Of a DNA stretch of 22,386 bases, positions 19,445-22,386 are shown one piece after another (the first letter of the stretch is position 1; each line of letters begins with the position of its first letter). The notes under the pieces are model-generated. The model had not been told where the DNA came from. It worked only from the letters and a program-made list of their open reading frames with translations, and ran no database searches. The translations under genes and the position numbers were made by a program. This stretch comes from a virus (taxonomy: Duplodnaviria > Heunggongvirae > Uroviricota > Caudoviricetes): the IMG/VR virus record IMGVR_UViG_3300029653_000080; one strand, 5' to 3'.

Positions 19445-20268
19445 CTTTCTTCCCTCTGCACCGCTGACGGTCGATGAGCCACAAAAGGGCGTTCATCGTC
19501 AGTAATAATGCTTTCTTCCGAGCCGTTAAGTGTGACATGGCGCAGTACGCCGCTAAAAGCCAGCTCCAGGTTCTCGGCTGTAAAAGTGGTGTCTGTCGGC
19601 CCGCTTGCCAGGACGGTGCCTTTGACCATGACCGTATAATCGCAAAATGTCGTGACGGATCCGAGATTGTGCGTTGAGACAAGCATCGTTTTGCCTTCCG
19701 CGCGTAACTCCCTCAACAGGCTGATGATTTTGGCTTCGGTTTTCACATCAACGCCAGTAAAAGGTTCATCCAGCAGGATCACATCACCCTGCTGTGCAAT
19801 CGCTCTCGCCAGAAAGACGCGTTTCTTTTGTCCACCGGAAAGCTCGCCGATTTGTCGATGGCGAAAATTCACCATATCGACACGTTCCAGCGCATCGGTG
19901 ACAATTTGACGATCCCTCTTTTTGGCGATACGCAACATACCCATATGCCCATAGCGGCCCATCATCACCACATCTTCCACCAGTACAGGAAATGACCAGT
20001 CAACCTCTTCTGACTGAGGGACGTAGGCAACCAGGTTTTTCTGTAACGCCTGTCGCGTGGGAATACCCAGAACAGATATCTTTCCGCTGGTCAGACGCAC
20101 AAATCCCATAATCGCTTTAAACAACGTCGATTTTCCGGAACCGTTTACCCCAACCAGAGCGGCAATAGATCCACTTGGTACTGTGAAGGATGCATCGCGC
20201 AGTGCTGTGTGCCCGTTACGCCAGGTGACAGCAACATCATTAACGACAATGCCTGCAGATTGCATCAT
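19441..20268 (-). CDS. sitB: Mn/Fe ABC transporter ATP-binding protein SitB
   Basis: Walker [13 protein letters not shown] signature LSGGQKKR, Walker B ILLDEP. Confidence 0.92.
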   Translation of the reverse strand: MMQSAGIVVNDVAVTWRNGHTALRDASFTVPSGSIAALVGVNGSGKSTLFKAIMGFVRLTSGKISVLGIPTRQALQKNLVAYVPQSEEVDWSFPVLVEDVVMMGRYGHMGMLRIAKKRDRQIVTDALERVDMVNFRHRQIGELSGGQKKRVFLARAIAQQGDVILLDEPFTGVDVKTEAKIISLLRELRAEGKTMLVSTHNLGSVTTFCDYTVMVKGTVLASGPTDTTFTAENLELAFSGVLRHVTLNGSEESIITDDERPFVAHRPSAVQREER

Positions 20269-21182
20269 TATTTCTCCCTTTTCCCGGCTTTAATTCCCTG
20301 TACCAGCGTACTGGTAGTAACCTTAAGAAGGTCGATATACGTCGGTACCGGGCCGTTTTCTGTGCTCAGGGAATCGACATAGAGCACACCGCCGTAGTGT
20401 GCGCCGGTTTCACGCGCAACCTGACGCGCTGGTTTATCGGAAATCGTACTCTCGCTAAAGACTGCCGGGATATGATTTTTCTTAACTATATCAACAACCT
20501 TACGTACCTGCTGCGGTGTTCCTTGTTGATCGGCATTAATCGGCCACAGATAAAGCTCTTTTAGCCCCAAATCGCGTGCGAGATAAGAAAAAGCCCCTTC
20601 ACTGGTGACCATCCATCGCTGATTCTCAGGGAGTTCCGTAATCTGCTTACGCAGGGGGGCAAGGGTTTGGGTAATCTTGGCTTTATAAGTATCGGCATTG
20701 CGTTGGTAGGTTTGTGCATTTGCCGGATCGTATTTTATCAACGCATCACGAATATTATCGACGTAAATCAGAGCATTATCTGGCGACATCCATGCATGGG
20801 GGTTAGGTTTGCCCTCATAGGGTCCTTCGGTGATCCCTACAGGCGTCACACCCGAAGAGACAATTACTTCTGGAACCCCATTGAGATGCTGGTAAAAGCG
20901 TTGGAACCACAATTCCAGATTCATACCATTGGCGAGAATCAGTTGTGCCCCCTGCGCACGTTTAATATCGCCAGGGGTAGGCTGATACTCATGAATTTCT
21001 GCACCAGGCTTGGTTATGGATGAGACTTCTGCAGCATCTCCCGCCACGTTTTTGGCCATATCCGCGATGATGGTAAATGTTGTAATGACCTTAAATTTTT
21101 CAGTTGCACTTGCCTGAAATGCGATCGAGCAGGTGAGTGCGAGGCCCCCCAAGAGCATGGTTACTTTTTTTATTGAGCGCAT
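20268..21182 (-). CDS. sitA: Periplasmic metal-binding protein SitA (cluster A-I substrate-binding protein)
   Basis: 304 aa with signal peptide [26 protein letters not shown]; first gene of the operon. Confidence 0.9.
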   Translation of the reverse strand: MRSIKKVTMLLGGLALTCSIAFQASATEKFKVITTFTIIADMAKNVAGDAAEVSSITKPGAEIHEYQPTPGDIKRAQGAQLILANGMNLELWFQRFYQHLNGVPEVIVSSGVTPVGITEGPYEGKPNPHAWMSPDNALIYVDNIRDALIKYDPANAQTYQRNADTYKAKITQTLAPLRKQITELPENQRWMVTSEGAFSYLARDLGLKELYLWPINADQQGTPQQVRKVVDIVKKNHIPAVFSESTISDKPARQVARETGAHYGGVLYVDSLSTENGPVPTYIDLLKVTTSTLVQGIKAGKREK

Positions 21183-21214
21183 AATTTAGTACCTATAGTG
21201 AGCAAAATTAGAAC

Positions 21215-21236
21215 AAACATAGCAACGGCTATGTTT
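21215..21236. promoter_or_regulatory. MntR operator-like palindrome in the sitA promoter
   Basis: AAACATAGC-AAC-GGCTATGTTT, a perfect inverted repeat of AACATAGC, the core of the MntR box, 33-54 bp upstream of the sitA start. Confidence 0.65.
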
Positions 21237-21258
21237 TATAGCATAACCTATACAGAAT

Positions 21259-21277
21259 GAAAATGATTATCATTAAC
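21259..21277. promoter_or_regulatory. Fur box in the sitA promoter
   Basis: gaaaatgattatcattaac matches the 19-bp Fur consensus GATAATGATAATCATTATC at 16/19 positions. Confidence 0.65.
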
Positions 21278-21375
21278 ATCTTTGAGGCCCAAAACAGGGA
21301 TTAGTTTGTTTCCTGCTGGATGAAAGGACTCTTGGGATAGCACATGCCGCACGAAGAGCAGCATTACATGATGTT

Positions 21376-21615
21376 TTGTCGAATGAGCTACGAATCCTGA
21401 TAGAAATACGAAACAAGCTAGCACATGGACAATGGATCTATCCCTTCAATAATGAAGGAAATACTGTGGACCCTGATAAATATAAATTAATCAATAAAGA
21501 AAACTTGCAGTCACTCCAATTCAAATATTCATTAGCACAGCATTTAGTTGACGCTGTACATGATTTGGTTGTAAGTCCTACGACATTCGAACGAGATTTC
21601 GAAAGCCATTTTTAA
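21376..21615 (+). CDS. Short AT-rich ORF with a HEPN-like Rx4H motif; possibly the remnant of an Abi/HEPN-type gene
   Basis: Translation ...SNELRILIEIRNKLAHGQWIYPFNNEGNTVDPDKYKLINKEN... contains R-N-K-L-A-H. No ATG start (TTG in the track) and no convincing RBS; located in the cargo zone next to attR. Confidence 0.3.
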   Translation: MSNELRILIEIRNKLAHGQWIYPFNNEGNTVDPDKYKLINKENLQSLQFKYSLAQHLVDAVHDLVVSPTTFERDFESHF

Positions 21616-22097
21616 AAATTATATCAAGTACGAACAAACTTAGTGACAAAAGACTACGAAAAATATAAAACAATTTTAGTATTAAGTAGAGAGAAATTTC
21701 GTTCTGCTAGGACGCAGCAATAGGTTCATGAGATTCTCTGATACTTGTTACCTTAGTAAGCCTTAAATTTTTAAAAATTCTTTTACGTCCACTCCTCGCT
21801 CATAACAGGCATTAACTACATTTATCTTCATTGGCTATGCAAGTCGTAATAAAAGGTGGGACAAAACTGAGACACATAAGCTCTCACAAAGGTCTGCAAG
21901 GCCTCACATGTATTGAGATGTTAATAAAATGTAGACTTGTAATTTTGATATAAATGGTAGATAAAACCTTTCCCCAAAATAAAAACGAACGTCAATGAAA
22001 TCAAATGGTTGAATAAAGTTGATTTTGGCTAATAAAAAAACAATAAAATAATTTTTATCATTAAATATCAATGACTTAAACTTAATGTTTTTATATA

Positions 22098-22262
22098 CTG
22101 CTGCGCCATATGGGCTGGACTGAAGCCGCAGACCTGATTGTTAAAGGTATGGAAGGCGCAATCAACGCCAAGACCGTAACCTATGACTTCGAACGTCTGA
22201 TGGAAGGCGCTAAACTGCTGAAATGCAGCGAGTTTGGTGACGCGATCATCAAAAATATGTAA
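22098..22262 (+). pseudogene. icd: Duplicated 3' end of icd (last about 54 codons of isocitrate dehydrogenase), icdC-like attR remnant
   Basis: Abrupt switch from AT-rich DNA to in-frame [54 protein letters not shown], which matches the E. coli Icd C-terminus as recalled; no upstream icd coding sequence. Confidence 0.85.
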
Positions 22263-22285
22263 TTACCACATGTGTTAAATATTAT

Positions 22286-22315
22286 AACGGGCGTATAACA
22301 CGCCCGTTGTTTTTG
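22286..22315 (+). terminator. icd intrinsic terminator
   Basis: aacgggcg-tataaca-cgcccgtt followed by gtttttgtg, 24 nt after the icd stop. Confidence 0.7.
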
Positions 22316-22386
22316 TGCACAGAAAACCCCCAGCTAGGCTGGGGGTTCCGGAAAGCTTTCAGCTTTGAGCCAGTTATTAAAACCCC

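Noticed and set aside
18457-20293. Various 60-130-aa ORFs on both strands within sitC, sitB and sitA (e.g. 18609..18992, 19652..19909, 20667..21023)
   Set aside because: Alternative-frame or antisense ORFs inside genes with clear ABC-transporter motifs.
22325-22347. Hairpin cccccag-ctagg-ctggggg downstream of the icd terminator
   Set aside because: Likely a host REP-like or secondary terminator structure at the window edge; too little flanking sequence to interpret.

Overview
The window reads as the right arm of a degraded, cargo-laden lambdoid prophage (phage-21/DLP12-like) ending at an attR-type junction inside the 3' end of icd, in an Escherichia/Shigella-like host. All identifications come from reading the six-frame translations against remembered protein families; no searches were run. 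Left to right: nested IS remnants (1-450) interrupt the start of a lambda-type replication gene O (iterated ori inside it, plus a 1-nt frameshift), followed by an intact lambda-like P. Where ren/nin would begin sits an AT-rich two-gene cargo block: a 1183-aa invasin/intimin-family adhesin convergent with a secreted alpha/beta-hydrolase esterase. Then comes a short nin region (ninB, ninE, ybcO, rusA, ylcG), antiterminator Q, an NmpC-type porin on the minus strand, and an S21-type pinholin. The most striking feature is one 1196-aa ORF (11350-14940) in which the first 66 codons of a SAR endolysin are fused in frame to codon 3 onward of a lambda-type tail-tip gene J; this implies a deletion of the whole lysis-distal, packaging, head and tail-shaft region. 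Downstream are a side tail fibre with a lectin-like C-terminus (interrupted by a 51-N assembly gap), two small unknown ORFs, the sitABCD Mn/Fe transporter operon with MntR and Fur boxes, a weak HEPN-like stub, 480 bp of AT-rich non-coding DNA, and the duplicated icd 3' end with its terminator. No integrase, repressor, terminase, capsid, tRNA or CRISPR array is visible. Best candidates for something undescribed are the SAR-J chimera, the adhesin/esterase moron, and the tail-fibre-adjacent small ORFs.
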